Positions 63,079 to 64,000 of a DNA stretch of 64,000 nt are shown piece after piece; position 1 is the stretch's first letter; each line of letters opens with the position of its first letter. The notes beneath the pieces were generated by a model. It did not search any database. It saw only the letters and a program-made list of their open reading frames with translations, and was not told where the DNA came from. The translations under genes and the position numbers were made by a program. The stretch lies in contig OZ316897.1 in NCBI GenBank assembly GCA_973895155.1, positions 16,503,938 through 16,567,937 on the forward strand, given 5' to 3'. This DNA is from Marsupella aquatica (lineage: Eukaryota > Plantae > Marchantiophyta).

Positions 63079-63184
63079 AGGCGCGACAGGCAAAGGAGGC
63101 AGTCAACACTCGAGGCGCGACAGGCAAAGGAGGCAGTCAACACTCGAGGCGCGACAGGCAAAGGAGGCAGTCTAACACTCGAGG
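63079..63184. repeat. 34-bp tandem repeat, 3 copies
   Basis: AGGCGCGACAGGCAAAGGAGGCAGTCAACACTCG at 63079, 63113 and 63147; the third copy has a 1-bp insertion. Confidence 0.93.
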
Positions 63185-64000
63185 TATATGTGACTCCGAA
63201 CGATGGTACCGGACTCAATTTATATTATAAGCAGCACCTTCCTGAAGGCTGGTGCTGACATCAGTGCGTACGTGGCTAAGTAACCAAAAAGCGAGACCAG
63301 CGCAGGCATGGATCAATGTCACCGGAGATGTTCCGGACTGTTTTCGAGTTCGAACACATCGCTTCGATGACCCCTTGAAGTGAAATTTTGTTTGCGGTCT
63401 CTACGGCGACAATTTTTGGAAGCAATAAAGAGTGAAACAGTTTAGACACCAAAAGCGAATGATCATGGAATCTTTTAACAGGATATGGCTCTTGGTGCCA
63501 GGATCGAGCCAATCAGACTCTAAACTCCATTCTTTGTGCCAGGATTGAGCCCACCAGCCTAGTCAGACTCTCACTACTTGAGCAAAGGACTAAAGGAAAT
63601 AATGATAAAAGTACAATAAAGTACAAGCACGTCCAAACTAAGAGGACAAACACCAACCCAAATAAGAAGCCTAATGCAAGCTCCAAAACTAAAGGACTCA
63701 TTCAAAGGTGAGTTAAGTGAAGGCTTTCTACATAGGAGATTTCATCATAACTCGATAAGGAACTACTCCTAACAAAGTGTTCATTTAAATTTCACAATGA
63801 ATGAAGTCTAGGGAGAGATACAGAGGCCCATATAATTGTCATATGGCTGACTAAAGTGGAGAAAAAGACCTTACGAGGCCCCATCTTTTGAAAGGGACTC
63901 CCTGGCCCACAGTCTCCATATGCCCCTGCATATATCCTTTGTAACCTCACTCTCTCTAGCCCTTGCAGTGCTCCACTGTCAACCATCCTGTAAAACGCAG

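Noticed and set aside
63079-63184. 34-bp repeats as CRISPR
   Set aside because: Head-to-tail copies with no spacers.

Overview
Eukaryotic, TE-rich nuclear DNA. The gene and TE repertoire suggests a land plant, probably a bryophyte such as a liverwort; this is inference only. Apparently intact host genes: a small secreted 8-Cys protein (798-1235, -), two LEA_1/group-4-like genes that each have a 108-nt first coding exon (15682-16410 and 30984-31577, -), an intronless 723-aa protein resembling the non-catalytic part of PARP6/8 (21818-23989, +), a two-exon BTB/POZ protein (26852-27758, -), a single-B-box BBX protein (53084-53701, +) and a dirigent-like protein (61915-62439, -). The main TE structure is a 9.7-kb PIF/Harbinger element (3461-13201, perfect 20-bp TIRs, convergent transposase and Myb/SANT genes). 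Its transposase is split by three insertions, each with a readable TSD: a 637-bp MITE (TAAA), a 326-bp Mutator-like MITE (9 bp), and a 3988-bp TG..CA insert (TGAAG). That last insert looks like a giant solo LTR carrying its own decayed gene. Also present: a young 5'-truncated L1-type LINE with a 16-bp TSD, CRE-like and zf-RVT LINE fragments, a second Harbinger Myb gene, a tRNA-derived SINE, and a ~550-bp foldback element whose long inverted arms each contain a tRNA-like module. All calls come from manual reading; no database searches were run.
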